Source of the DNA: Sulfolobales archaeon
Lineage (GTDB): Archaea; Thermoproteota; Thermoprotei_A; Sulfolobales; AG1
Assembly: GCA_038867615.1 (NCBI GenBank)
Contig: JAWBYA010000002.1
Coordinates: 352,001-416,000 of the forward strand
DNA length: 64,000 nucleotides
Reading direction: 5' to 3'
Part shown: piece after piece, positions 1 through 10,499 of the stretch
Numbering within the stretch: position 1 is the first letter of the stretch
Layout: every line of letters starts with the position of its first letter
Notes under the pieces: generated by a model
Databases searched by the model: none
What the model saw: only the letters and a program-made list of their open reading frames with translations
What the model was told of the DNA's origin: nothing
Translations under genes and position numbers: made by a program

Positions 1-2
1 GT

Positions 3-902
3 GGCGCGAGCTACCACCGCGTAGAGATAATTAATCCATATGGCGGTCCAGTGAGCAGAGAGGAGACGGGCTCGTGGGTCTATGTATATGCTAAGGCTTC
101 TAGCGATAAAGGCGAGGGTACTTATGGCGATTACCATGCATCTAGATCTATAAGGGATCTCAGACCACGCGACCTAGGAGTTAAGGTTGGATCTATGGCT
201 AGAAGCTTTATAGGGGGTAGGGCTCCTGAGAACGGTATATACGATCTAATATTAGCCCCCAGGATCTTTGCATCCTTCATAGGCACTATGCTCTCCCCAG
301 CCATATCAGCTTTATCGGTCCAGCGCGGAAGATCCCCGCTTATAGGTAAGATAAACAGCAGAATAGCTGTTGATGATCTATCTATAGTTGATGAGGGGTC
401 GGATCCGAGATACCTGGGTGCTAGATCCTTTGATGATGAGGGGCACCCAACATCTAGGAATGTCATTATCGAGAAAGGGGTTCTTAAGAGCTATATCTAT
501 GATAGCTATACAGCAAAAATAGAGGGGAGAGCCTCTACAGGGAATGCGTGGAGGAGCTATTCATCACCACCAACACCCGGTCCAAACCATCTATCAATAC
601 AGCCAGGAGCCTCCAGCATAGACGAGATGATCAGAAGCACGAAGAAAGGCATATATGTTCTAAGCACTATAGGCGAGTGGCTCTCAAACCCCGTGAGCGG
701 AAATCTAAATGCAACAATAACAAACGCCTATCTCATTGAGAATGGAGAGATAGTAGCCCCTATAAATGGTGGTGTTATCTCCGTCGACTTCTATGAAATG
801 CTCATCAACAAAATACATATGATCGGAAAAGAGATAGAGCATAGGGAGAGAATCTCGGCCCCACCAGTGTTTCTGAAAAGCATACGGGTTGCTGGAAAAT
901 AA
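3..902 (+). CDS. TldD/PmbA family protein (PmbA-like), 5' truncated by window edge
   Basis: Frame is open from position 3. Motifs FDDEGHPT, STGNA and NPVSGN are typical of the PmbA/TldD C-terminal domain. Confidence 0.9.
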   Translation, partial: GASYHRVEIINPYGGPVSREETGSWVYVYAKASSDKGEGTYGDYHASRSIRDLRPRDLGVKVGSMARSFIGGRAPENGIYDLILAPRIFASFIGTMLSPAISALSVQRGRSPLIGKINSRIAVDDLSIVDEGSDPRYLGARSFDDEGHPTSRNVIIEKGVLKSYIYDSYTAKIEGRASTGNAWRSYSSPPTPGPNHLSIQPGASSIDEMIRSTKKGIYVLSTIGEWLSNPVSGNLNATITNAYLIENGEIVAPINGGVISVDFYEMLINKIHMIGKEIEHRERISAPPVFLKSIRVAGK

Positions 903-1101
903 TGACTAAACCGCTATACTGAATCCCCAATAGCCTCTTGGCTGTCTAAAAGTTTGAGAAGAGCTTTCCATCTAGAGATAAAGATCCTAGGAATATTTTC
1001 TATCTTCTACAGGATCGCGTTTGCGATCAGATCTACACGGTGATCCGGGTTATTATGAATTGATCTCTAGTATATGGTCACGAGAAGTATGTACCAAGTA
1101 G

Positions 1102-2115
1102 TCACACTATCCTGACAATCTCGCTAACCCTATAGATCTCATCAGCTACATGCATCGGGATCTTCATCCTGGTGCCGTCCTTTTTAACCAGCATAACATC
1201 TGAACCACTTGGGAGAACCCTCCCTATTACGCTGGCCCCTACACCCCTCATCCTTAGGATCTTAATCGCTTCCTCCACACGATCCCTAGGTATTGTTGCT
1301 ATAAGAGAACCACTGCTTATAAGCCTTAGGGGATCTATCCCGACAGCCTGAACAATCTCTCGGGTCTCTGGTGCTATGGGTATCGATTCCTCCCAGATCT
1401 CTACCCCTTTACCTGATGCATATGCTATTTCGGCAACACCCCCAACGATCCCTCCTTCCGTTGGATCGTGCATTGAGGTTGCTAGATCACTCTTAGCCAG
1501 TATCAGTGCTTCGTCAACCACACTGATCATGTCATAGAAACTCGACGCGCGATCCAGTACTTCTTGAGGTACTCCTTTTCGTAATAATATGTCTCTATAA
1601 TCAGTCGCTATTATAGCTGTCCCCTCTATGCCAGCGGTCTTTGTCATTATAACCATATCGCCAGCACCCGCACCTCCCGTAGATATAGGTCTCCCAATTA
1701 CAGGCCCTATCACAGTTGACACTATAACCAGTCTACTAACCACATCTGTAACCTCGGTATGACCCCCAACGATCATGATGCCGAGTCTTCTTGCAGCCCT
1801 ATCTATCTGCCCCGTGATCTCGTCGAGATCTTCTATAGATGCTGAGTGGGGGAGCAGTATTGTGTTGAGCGCCCATCTAGGCATAGCGCCCCTAACAGCA
1901 ACATCGTTCGAGGCAACATTTATGGCAAGCCACCCAGCGTTCTTAACAGCTGCTGTTATCGGGTCGCTGTGGGCTGCTATATAGGACTCTCCAATCTTCA
2001 TTATAGCAGCGTCCTCTCCATATTTAGGGCCTACCAGAACTTCAGGATCTATAACCCCAATCCTGCTCATAACGAATCTCTCGAGAAGCTCGGCTGGGAG
2101 TTTCCCGACTTTCAC
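1102..2115 (-). CDS. AIR synthase-related (HypE/ThiL-like) protein
   Basis: Motifs GEDAA, HSDPIT, NDVAVRGA, GGHTEV and MHDPTEGG. Start refined to GTG 2115 (MKVGKLP). Confidence 0.85.
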   Translation of the reverse strand: MKVGKLPAELLERFVMSRIGVIDPEVLVGPKYGEDAAIMKIGESYIAAHSDPITAAVKNAGWLAINVASNDVAVRGAMPRWALNTILLPHSASIEDLDEITGQIDRAARRLGIMIVGGHTEVTDVVSRLVIVSTVIGPVIGRPISTGGAGAGDMVIMTKTAGIEGTAIIATDYRDILLRKGVPQEVLDRASSFYDMISVVDEALILAKSDLATSMHDPTEGGIVGGVAEIAYASGKGVEIWEESIPIAPETREIVQAVGIDPLRLISSGSLIATIPRDRVEEAIKILRMRGVGASVIGRVLPSGSDVMLVKKDGTRMKIPMHVADEIYRVSEIVRIV

Positions 2116-2164
2116 ATAGATCCCCAGAGAGACTTTGCTGGATATGTAATAACTACTAATGTAT

Positions 2165-2896
2165 TTATGGGACTGTATAGTAGATCCTCTTTTTATTCTT
2201 CCCCCTGTTCTCAACCTTCAAGAGCTTTATCTCGCCTATCTCGTTTGTATTCCTAACGTGGGGTCCTCCGTCGGCCTGCATATCTACCCCGGGGATCTCC
2301 ACGATCCTTAGGATTTCATATCCCGGGGGCATTTTTTCTGCGAGCTTAACGATCCCGGGGATCTTCATCGCCTCCTCCCTCTTCAAATAATAGATCTTAA
2401 CCTCAAGCCCGGCTCTGACAACATCGTTAGCCTTTCTAATAGCATCTTCAAATACCTGTCTATCGAACCTCTCTATAGAGAAATCATCCCTAGCATATTC
2501 AGGCTCAACCTGTCCTCCTGTTATCATAGCACCATAATCCCTATACATTATAGCCGATATTATGTGGGCTGCTGTGTGGAGCCTCATGAGCCTATACCTC
2601 CTATCCCAATCTATCACGCCAACAACCTCCATGCCCGGGGAGATCCCCTCATAGCTATCAAGCACGTGGTATACCTCATCGCTCTCCCTATCGTGGATGG
2701 CTTTAAGTACTCTATAGTTTTTACCACCTATGACCAGGTATCCAGTATCGCTGGAGACACCACCACTATCTGGGTGGAATGCTGTCTTGTCGAGAACAAG
2801 GCCCCGATCTGTGATGCTAACAACCCTAGCTCTAAATTCTTTCAAATATGAGTCATCCCTATAGAGGTGGATCGTTGCCAAGCAAGGCCCCATCAT
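2165..2896 (-). CDS. alaXM: AlaX-M alanyl-tRNA trans-editing protein
   Basis: LYRDDSYL, MRLHTAAH and ADGGPHV editing-site motifs; ~240 aa. Confidence 0.9.
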   Translation of the reverse strand: MMGPCLATIHLYRDDSYLKEFRARVVSITDRGLVLDKTAFHPDSGGVSSDTGYLVIGGKNYRVLKAIHDRESDEVYHVLDSYEGISPGMEVVGVIDWDRRYRLMRLHTAAHIISAIMYRDYGAMITGGQVEPEYARDDFSIERFDRQVFEDAIRKANDVVRAGLEVKIYYLKREEAMKIPGIVKLAEKMPPGYEILRIVEIPGVDMQADGGPHVRNTNEIGEIKLLKVENRGKNKKRIYYTVP

Positions 2897-2948
2897 TCAT
2901 AGCGATAGGAGTATATAAAGCGTGGGATACATATGCCGTTAGAGAACT

Positions 2949-3857
2949 CTAGAAAAGACGTTTCTGAGACCCTTCACTTCTTCCTATATACCCAGCTTTT
3001 CTAATACTAGGCCAGCTGTTGGTCTCGAATGGATCGCTGAGGTGGAAGTCAATACACATGACCCCGTGCTTTGCACATAGTCTGAGCACAAGACTCTTTA
3101 TCCTAGACCAGTAACCCTTGCTCCCGTACCGCACAACCCTATAGATCTTCGTAACCTCATCCCGATCCAGCTTCTCCTTCATATAGCTCCAGGTTCTATC
3201 ATATATGTTCAAAAGATCAAATATTACTAGGCTGTTGCTCTCGCTAGCAGCACCTATGACGCCCTCGATATGTTCCTCACTATCGTTAAGCCCTGGAATT
3301 ATTGGTCCGAGGAAGATCCATGTGTAGATCAGAGAGTCGGAGATCTTCTTAAGAGCCCTAGCCCTTGCAAGCGGGTGGGAAGCCCCAGGCTCTATAACCC
3401 TCGCGAGAGAAGGATCCATGGTTGTTATTGTCATACCAACATCAACCCTATCCCTATGGGTTCTCAGCACATCGAGATCCCTAAGGACTAGAGGCGACTT
3501 GGTCTGTATAGATACCCTGAATCTATATGCAAGCAGAAGCTCTATAGATCTTCTAGTAAGGCTATATCTAGCCTCGATAGGCATATAGGGATCCGTTATC
3601 GTTGAAACTCCAACAACCCCTTTCTTAGTAGTATGCATAACCTCCCTCCTGAGAACCTCGACCAGGTTCACCTTAACAGCTACAACCTCGCCCCAATTAT
3701 TAGCAGCCTCCTCGATTCCTGTGAAGTGAATAGCATAGCAGTAGACACACCCGAATGAGCAGCCCTGATACGGGTTGAGGCTATAATCAAGATCAGGCAG
3801 TTTGGATCTATAGAGGGCCTTGGAAACCCTTATCTCTATGATCTTCTTGGGGAGCAA
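2949..3857 (-). CDS. SPL-like radical SAM protein
   Basis: LNPYQGCSFGCVYCYA (CxxxCxxC), TDPY and TKSPLVLRDLD; lies directly downstream of nre. Confidence 0.88.
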   Translation of the reverse strand: MLPKKIIEIRVSKALYRSKLPDLDYSLNPYQGCSFGCVYCYAIHFTGIEEAANNWGEVVAVKVNLVEVLRREVMHTTKKGVVGVSTITDPYMPIEARYSLTRRSIELLLAYRFRVSIQTKSPLVLRDLDVLRTHRDRVDVGMTITTMDPSLARVIEPGASHPLARARALKKISDSLIYTWIFLGPIIPGLNDSEEHIEGVIGAASESNSLVIFDLLNIYDRTWSYMKEKLDRDEVTKIYRVVRYGSKGYWSRIKSLVLRLCAKHGVMCIDFHLSDPFETNSWPSIRKAGYIGRSEGSQKRLF

Positions 3858-3860
3858 GGC

Positions 3861-5096
3861 TCAACCCATATAGCTTGTTATCCTCTTGCTTCTAAGAATC
3901 CTGAATACACCTGACCTCTCTAGAAAGCTCCTTATAGGCGTCCTGAGGAGTTCGGCAATCCTCTTGATAACATCCTCTAATCTGTCGAAAACCTCAGGCT
4001 CTGATCTATACATAGCCCTCATATTCTCCCTAACAAACCACACACCAACAGGAAGGTTGAAACCCTCATAAATCTCCCTCCAGCTTACCACCGCGGCTTG
4101 TCTCCTCATAGCATTTAGAGCTTCTAGAGAGGCTAGTCTTGATGCATAATAACAACCCCCTATACCTGGATAGCTATCCCTACCCCTATACCCTTCATAA
4201 TCAACCTCTACCCATGGCTCCGAGCCCCACATATTCCACGTACTCCCAGGATACCACGCTTCACCCCATTCGAAAGCCCATGCGTGGGGTGCTAGTATGG
4301 ATATGAAGAGATTCCTATCAACTTTTCTCTTATAAAGCATATAGCGATCTATAATGCTATAACTCTTAACCTGTTCGAGAAGCCTGTCGGAAACGATCTT
4401 ATCGACAGCTGTTATAGCCCATCTGGTTGGAACAAGCCTTCTCTTCTTACCAATAGCACCAACGCTAAGGATCCTCGAGATCCTGTGTACCTCTACACCA
4501 CCGGAATATAGCATAAACACACCCTCCCTAGCTGTAAGATCACGATCGTTATAGACTTTCTCAACAACCCTCTCAAGCGGCTTGATAGAGCTTATATTAA
4601 CCCTCTTGAGGGGAGCCGAAGGACCCATTGGCGGTGTGGTTTCGCTTACAAGAACGCCTCCCTTTGGTTTCCTCTCAAAAAGCATCTCAACATCAGCCGG
4701 TCCAGGGCTGAGGGACAGTTCTATGATCTCTCCAAGCTCTCGGGATGGCTGCATAGCATCACCTACTCTATATACCCTATACCCCCTCACGAGAGAGATT
4801 CTGAGTGAGAGGAACTCCTCTAGATCCATGAGCACCCATCTAGACGGATCCTCGTGGATCGAGGTATCACCCTTGATCGGGGGCGATGAGGGGTATACCC
4901 TCACCCACGGATAACCCTCCCTGCCAACAAACACGCTGGGGGGAGAGGATCCGTCGAGCCTTTCTCCCTCTACTCTATCTAGAACCTTGAATGAGATAGA
5001 GTTAACTATTATAGGACAGTATGGAAGTCCACAAAGATATCGAGAACCCCTACACCTAACACATAGCTGCGGGGGTATCCTCGCTACTCCTAGCAC
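3861..5096 (-). CDS. nreA: Nre family DNA repair protein
   Basis: N-terminal CVRCRG..LCG..CP, GSSPPSVFVG, RRLVPTRWAITAVD, GGCYYA and PVGVWFVRE; PIP-like C-terminus. Confidence 0.92.
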   Translation of the reverse strand: MLGVARIPPQLCVRCRGSRYLCGLPYCPIIVNSISFKVLDRVEGERLDGSSPPSVFVGREGYPWVRVYPSSPPIKGDTSIHEDPSRWVLMDLEEFLSLRISLVRGYRVYRVGDAMQPSRELGEIIELSLSPGPADVEMLFERKPKGGVLVSETTPPMGPSAPLKRVNISSIKPLERVVEKVYNDRDLTAREGVFMLYSGGVEVHRISRILSVGAIGKKRRLVPTRWAITAVDKIVSDRLLEQVKSYSIIDRYMLYKRKVDRNLFISILAPHAWAFEWGEAWYPGSTWNMWGSEPWVEVDYEGYRGRDSYPGIGGCYYASRLASLEALNAMRRQAAVVSWREIYEGFNLPVGVWFVRENMRAMYRSEPEVFDRLEDVIKRIAELLRTPIRSFLERSGVFRILRSKRITSYMG

Positions 5097-5627
5097 CTAT
5101 GGACTACCTCTTCCCGCAGCCCTCCCGATAGCGTCAGAGATCTTTTTCCTAGCCTCCTCAGCACCCCTCCAACCCCTTATCTTAACCCACTTGCCTGGCT
5201 CTAACTCTTTATAGTGTTGGAAGAAATGCTCTATTCTTCTCTTTATTATATCAGGCAGGTCCTTTAGATCCCTTATGCTAGAGTATCTCGGTTCAACCTT
5301 ATCATCAGGGACAGCGACGATCTTAGCGTCAATCCCCTCCTCATCCTCCATCTCTAGAATAGCTATTGGTCTCACTCTAACCACAGATCCTGGGAGGAAT
5401 TGATGGTCGCTTATAACCAGCACATCAACCGGGTCTCCATCCTCCTCTAGTGTTCCTGGTACGAAGCCATAGTTGAATGGATACACCATTGCTGTATATA
5501 GCACACGATCAACGCTTATCACGCCCAACTCCTCATCATACTCATACTTCACAGAAGAGTTGGCAGGGATCTCTATGACCACGTTAACAACATTTGGAGC
5601 CTTATCACCAGGGCCTAGCCTTCTCAA
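5097..5627 (-). CDS. ppa: Inorganic pyrophosphatase (family I)
   Basis: KYE, YPFNYG, DGDPVD, DAK and [10 protein letters not shown] motifs. Confidence 0.97.
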   Translation of the reverse strand: MRRLGPGDKAPNVVNVVIEIPANSSVKYEYDEELGVISVDRVLYTAMVYPFNYGFVPGTLEEDGDPVDVLVISDHQFLPGSVVRVRPIAILEMEDEEGIDAKIVAVPDDKVEPRYSSIRDLKDLPDIIKRRIEHFFQHYKELEPGKWVKIRGWRGAEEARKKISDAIGRAAGRGSP

Positions 5628-5648
5628 CCAGGGTCCCGAGATAGTATA

Positions 5649-6851
5649 GTGGAGGGGCTAAATAATACACAAGCCCGGTCTTTAAATATTAGTTGGGATA
5701 TCCATATCACTAGATGGGGAGAGCTGATCACAGAAGTACTAGCGCTTATAGAACGCAGATTCATAGTGCTTGATCATCATAAGGAGAGCTCTATGGGTGA
5801 TGACGAGGATAGAATCGAGATTGATATATATAGAGTAGCACCCCAAGATCCTTCCAGCATTGAGAGGAGCTTCAAAGAACTATATAGAGAAGTCATAAGC
5901 ATGGGTTATTATCCACAGCTGATAAGCATAGATGGCAATTACTATCTAAGAATATATAATATTGGGAAGAGAAGAAGCTATAACCCCCTAACAATAGTCA
6001 TACTATTGCTAGCATCCATAGCAACGGTCACCATAACCTCCTATATGTGGTATTCTCAAGATCTCGAGATAGCGAGAAGATTCGGCATAGAGACCGAATC
6101 CCTAAGACTCGGAACCATATATGTAGCAATACTAGCACTATCAATACTAGGACCTCTAGCTATACACGAGCTGGGGCATTTCCTAACCTCAAGGATCCTG
6201 AGACTACCAGCAACACCCCCCTACTTCATACCAGGCCCCCCTGGGATAGGGTTAGGTACTTTTGGTGCTGTGATACTCATGAGATTTCTACCAGCAACAG
6301 CCGATGATCTTGCCATGGTTGCTATAGCAGGACCCCTCGCCGGCTTCGCAGCAATCCTTATAGTGACGATCTATGGGATCTCGACCTCATATATGATTCC
6401 AAGCAGTATGGCTGCAAGCTTTCAGGAGATAAGCTTCTCACCACTGCTCTTCACGCTTATGGTTAACACGCTAGTAAATCCTGGGCAAGACGAGGTGGTG
6501 ATCCTAAACCCAGTCGCATATGCCGGCTACTTCCTCATGTTAATACATTTCCTAAACCTTCTTCCCGTGGCACAGCTTGATGGGGGTCAGGTTCTCAGAT
6601 CTCTTGTTAGCATGAGAACCCACATGATGATTGGCGTGACCATCTCCATAGCCATGATCGTTGCTGCAATGTTCCTCAGAGCCGAGATCCTCATAACCAT
6701 AGCGTTCTTCCTACTCATAATATTCCTAGCAACCGGGATGAGATCCCATCCAGGCCCCGCCTATAGGGAGGCTAAGCCGGGGTTGGGTGCTGCTATAGCG
6801 GCTATACTGTGGATCATAATGTTAGCCATGACAATCCCCCTGCCCCTGTGA
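5649..6851 (+). CDS. Site-2 protease (M50) membrane metalloprotease
   Basis: HELGH and [11 protein letters not shown] motifs with multiple TM segments; true start uncertain. Confidence 0.9.
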   Translation: MEGLNNTQARSLNISWDIHITRWGELITEVLALIERRFIVLDHHKESSMGDDEDRIEIDIYRVAPQDPSSIERSFKELYREVISMGYYPQLISIDGNYYLRIYNIGKRRSYNPLTIVILLLASIATVTITSYMWYSQDLEIARRFGIETESLRLGTIYVAILALSILGPLAIHELGHFLTSRILRLPATPPYFIPGPPGIGLGTFGAVILMRFLPATADDLAMVAIAGPLAGFAAILIVTIYGISTSYMIPSSMAASFQEISFSPLLFTLMVNTLVNPGQDEVVILNPVAYAGYFLMLIHFLNLLPVAQLDGGQVLRSLVSMRTHMMIGVTISIAMIVAAMFLRAEILITIAFFLLIIFLATGMRSHPGPAYREAKPGLGAAIAAILWIIMLAMTIPLPL

Positions 6852-6861
6852 GGGTAGGGTA

Positions 6862-8871
6862 ATGAGCAAGATCTGTAATGATTGTATAGCTATAGTAGCT
6901 GAGAAGCCGAGAGCCGCTGCTAAGATAGCCAGCGCTATTTCCCAGGGAAGGGCTAAAAAGATCCTCTATAAAGGTGTACCCATATGGATCTTCAGAATAG
7001 ATGGTGAGGAGTATGTAGTGATCCCCTCAGCAGGGCATCTATTCTCAATAGATACTAATAAGGGCGGGATACCTGTTTTCGAGTATAAATGGATCCCTAG
7101 GCATGTGGTTAACAATGATTATAAGCATCTCGAGAGATTCTATAAAGCATTCTCAGAGATCCTTCCAAGGGCTAAGGCCTATATAAATGCCTGCGACTAC
7201 GACATAGAAGGATCACTGATCGGCTATATGATCGTAAAACACTGGGGAGACGTGAGAAAAATGAAGAGGATGAAGTTCTCCTCCCTCGTTGAGGATGAGC
7301 TGAGAAGGAGTTTTAGGAACCTGGGACCCCTTGATATAGATATGATCGAGGCTGGGTTGGCGAGACATGAGATGGACTGGATATGGGGTATAAATGTCTC
7401 GAGGGCTCTTATGATGCTTTTCAACAAGATCTCGGGAGAGCGCAGGGTTCTAAGCGCTGGCAGGGTCCAGACACCAACCCTCTTCGAGGTTGTTAGAAAT
7501 ACTATTGAGAGAAACACGTTTGTCCCCACACCCCTCTATAGTGTTAACATCTACATAGAGGTAGCGGGTAAGAGGTATAAGCTAGAGAACGCCGAAGAAC
7601 CCTTCAAAAGAAAACAACTAGCCGAGGAATATGCCAAGATGGCTAAAAGCTCTGGATACGCTATCGTGAAAAATGTTAGGAGAGAGGTTATCTCATACAA
7701 GCCCCCATACCCCTTTAACCTAGGAGATCTGCAGGAAGAGGCTCATAGAATATATAGAATCTCCCCAGCGAGAACCCTCAAGATCCTTGAGGATCTATAC
7801 CTCGACTCGCTCATAAGCTATCCGAGAACAAATAGCCAGAAGCTCCCCGCATCGATAGGGCATAGGGATATTATCCAGAGCATGGGGAGACTGGGTGATT
7901 ATAGATCTATAGCATTGAAGATCCTTAGGAAAGAGACCCTCACACCAAATAACGGACCCATGGATGATCCAGCACATCCGGCTATATACCCTACGGGAGA
8001 GATTCCTAGGAGGCTTGAAAGAGAACATGCAAAGATCTACGATCTTGTTGTTAGAAGGTATCTAGCAACCTTCATGGACCCCGCCACAATAGATCGAGTA
8101 AGCATAGACATAGAGGTTGCCGGTAGAGCCTACAAGCTCCACGGAACCAGGGTAACTTATAAAGGGTGGTTAGAAGCATATCCATTTTATAAAATAGAAG
8201 AGAAAACCGTACCGAATGTTAAGCCAGGCGATAGGATAAAGATAGCCCTGGTAAGGATAGCCATATCCTACACAAGACCCGAGGCTCCGCATAACAAAGC
8301 AACACTGCTTAAATGGATGGAGAGCCAGGGTATAGGGACAGAATCCACCAGGGCCGAAATTATAGAGACCCTGTTTAGAAGGAAATACGTCGACGGATCC
8401 GGGGCAACAGATCTAGGGCTTATGGTTTACTCAGCTATAGAGAAATACTTCCCAGACCTCTCGAGAATAGATCTTACAAGGTCTTTTGAGGAAATGATGG
8501 AGAAGATAAGGAGAGGAGAGCTTAGAAGAGAGCACGTTGTCGAGAAGACAAAGATCGTGGTTGGAACAGCCATCGAGAGGTTCCTCAAAAACATAGAGAA
8601 CATCGATCCTTCGGAAACAAGGCTCCTCGGAATAAAAACCGGGGGATGCCCCATATGTGGCTATGCATCCAGCAACAATGAACACGGCTTCTGCCCCATA
8701 CACGAGAAAGCTTATGAAAAGCTGGTCGAGGTTTATAAAGAATGGGCTAAAGATGGGTATGGGTGGGAGGATTATCTGGAAAAGCTATCGAAGCTAGAAA
8801 TAACAGGGATAGCTGCTAAGGATGTAATAAGTTTCCTCAGAAAAAGCCGGAGAAAAGGATCAGTTGGCTAG
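6862..8871 (+). CDS. topA: Type IA DNA topoisomerase (TopA/Topo III)
   Basis: AEKP TOPRIM start, CDYDIEG, SAGRVQTPTL, catalytic SYPRT and GIGTESTR; C-terminal CxxC...CxxH finger. Confidence 0.97.
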   Translation: MSKICNDCIAIVAEKPRAAAKIASAISQGRAKKILYKGVPIWIFRIDGEEYVVIPSAGHLFSIDTNKGGIPVFEYKWIPRHVVNNDYKHLERFYKAFSEILPRAKAYINACDYDIEGSLIGYMIVKHWGDVRKMKRMKFSSLVEDELRRSFRNLGPLDIDMIEAGLARHEMDWIWGINVSRALMMLFNKISGERRVLSAGRVQTPTLFEVVRNTIERNTFVPTPLYSVNIYIEVAGKRYKLENAEEPFKRKQLAEEYAKMAKSSGYAIVKNVRREVISYKPPYPFNLGDLQEEAHRIYRISPARTLKILEDLYLDSLISYPRTNSQKLPASIGHRDIIQSMGRLGDYRSIALKILRKETLTPNNGPMDDPAHPAIYPTGEIPRRLEREHAKIYDLVVRRYLATFMDPATIDRVSIDIEVAGRAYKLHGTRVTYKGWLEAYPFYKIEEKTVPNVKPGDRIKIALVRIAISYTRPEAPHNKATLLKWMESQGIGTESTRAEIIETLFRRKYVDGSGATDLGLMVYSAIEKYFPDLSRIDLTRSFEEMMEKIRRGELRREHVVEKTKIVVGTAIERFLKNIENIDPSETRLLGIKTGGCPICGYASSNNEHGFCPIHEKAYEKLVEVYKEWAKDGYGWEDYLEKLSKLEITGIAAKDVISFLRKSRRKGSVG

Positions 8872-8969
8872 GGGGTTAAAAACTTCTCGGGGATCGTTAT
8901 GCCTAGCCAGGGATCCTGGTAACCGTTACGTTATTATCCAGCCCTAGTCTTTTTATATTAGGAGTCCCT

Positions 8970-10160
8970 ATGTATCTGTCGAGAGAGGAGGAAAGGATCT
9001 ATGAGGGAGAAGCGGGCTGGGTTCTTGAGAAGGCTATAAAGGTGGTTGTAAAGGTTGGAGAGGCTATGGGGGCTGATAGGCTTATACCCATATCCCATGC
9101 CCATATCTCGGGTGTTGGTTATGGCAACATAGGTGAGGCAGGGCTCTCGCTCTTAAGAGACCTGCGCGACGGTGGTGCTAGGTTTAACGTATACACAACA
9201 GCTAATCCGGGATCTGTTGATGACGATAGTAGCTATTACTTCAACTATGGTGCCCCCTTTATACAGGGGCAGAGAGAGATACTGAGCATATTTAAAGAGA
9301 TGGGAATCAATGCATTCACATGCACCCCCTACTATTATAGAGAGCCGAGAGCTGGTGAGATCCTTGCATGGGCTGAGAGCAACGCTGTTCTGATCGCTAA
9401 CAGCATCTATGGTGCTAGGAGCAATAGAGAAAGCGGGCTCCTAGCCCTATTCGAAGCAATATTGGGTAAGGCTTATAGAGCAGGGCTCCTGGTTGATGAG
9501 AATAGAAAGCCCCAGATCCTGGTTAATATAGAGGCAAGGGTGAGAAGCATCATTGATTACGGTCTTGTAGGATTACTAGTCGGCGAAATGGTTGGAGAAA
9601 GAATCCCATATGTAGTCGGCTTAAAACCCCAAAGTCATGAAGAGGTGAAAGCATTCCTAGCAGCTGCAGGTTCTAGTGGAGGTATGGGTTTGGTAATGAT
9701 CGATAGGCTATCCCCCGACGCAATAGGGATCGAGGGATCTCTTAATAATATCGAGAGGATCTCCATAGACGATAAGGATCTCAGAAGAGTCTCGGAGGAC
9801 GCTATATGCAACGAGGTCGATGCAGCACTAATAGGCTGTCCACATGCCTCTGTAGAGCTTATAGAGGATCTAGCCAGGCTTATTGTTGAGAAAAATGTCA
9901 GTGCAACCAAGCCCGTATGGGTGTTCACATCGCACCACGTGTATGAAGAGCTATCTAGAAAGGGCTTAATAGATCTTCTGATATCAAGGGGAGTAAAGGT
10001 GTTCACCGGAATCTGTGGTGTCATCTCGCCTCTCAATACCTTGGGATATAGATGTATAGCAACACCATCAGCAAAAGCCGCCTTTTATCTCCCAAGACTG
10101 GCTAGGGTTAGATACGTATATATGGACCTCCCAGGTATAGTCGCCTCTATGTTTAAGTAA
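8970..10160 (+). CDS. Aconitase X catalytic (large) subunit, possibly phosphomevalonate dehydratase large subunit
   Basis: MYLSREEE start, HISGV, TCTPY, WAESNA..ANS..GARSNRE, IGCPH and SAKAAFY. Confidence 0.88.
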   Translation: MYLSREEERIYEGEAGWVLEKAIKVVVKVGEAMGADRLIPISHAHISGVGYGNIGEAGLSLLRDLRDGGARFNVYTTANPGSVDDDSSYYFNYGAPFIQGQREILSIFKEMGINAFTCTPYYYREPRAGEILAWAESNAVLIANSIYGARSNRESGLLALFEAILGKAYRAGLLVDENRKPQILVNIEARVRSIIDYGLVGLLVGEMVGERIPYVVGLKPQSHEEVKAFLAAAGSSGGMGLVMIDRLSPDAIGIEGSLNNIERISIDDKDLRRVSEDAICNEVDAALIGCPHASVELIEDLARLIVEKNVSATKPVWVFTSHHVYEELSRKGLIDLLISRGVKVFTGICGVISPLNTLGYRCIATPSAKAAFYLPRLARVRYVYMDLPGIVASMFK

Positions 10161-10182
10161 TACCATATTAACTAATTATATT

Positions 10183-10317
10183 ACTGTTTATCCTTGAATA
10201 TTCATTGAGCTTTCCTTTATAATATCTTATCTAGAACTTCTATCTAACCCGTAGGAGTTTCCCTCACTCCTGCGGGTTATAGATCGCGTTGAACTCAACG
10301 TTACAGAGCGTTCCCAT
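10183..10317 (-). mobile_element. Degenerate dispersed ~130 bp element, copy A (probable IS200/IS605 tnpB 3'-end remnant)
   Basis: Aligns by eye with 17503-17639 and with the reverse complement of 31700-31811. Contains hairpin TAACCCGTAGGAGT/ACTCCTGCGGGTTA (10245-10279). Confidence 0.55.
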
Positions 10318-10412
10318 AAGGTTTACTCTATTTCACTGACACAGTGTTTCATGAGAGATCGCGTATTGACAGCTACATATCGAAGAGAGACTTGGTAGAA
10401 TTAAAGGGGTTT

Positions 10413-10499
10413 TAGAGTTAAAGGGGGTCAGGATATATAATATGGATTGGGAGGGTGCTTGCTAGAGTTAAAGGGGGTCAGGATATATAATATGGATTG
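10413..10499 (+). repeat. Exact 37 bp direct repeat (period 50) covering the 5' end of the methyltransferase gene
   Basis: TAGAGTTAAAGGGGGTCAGGATATATAATATGGATTG at 10413-10449 and 10463-10499; partial third copy at 10396-10410. Confidence 0.95.
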
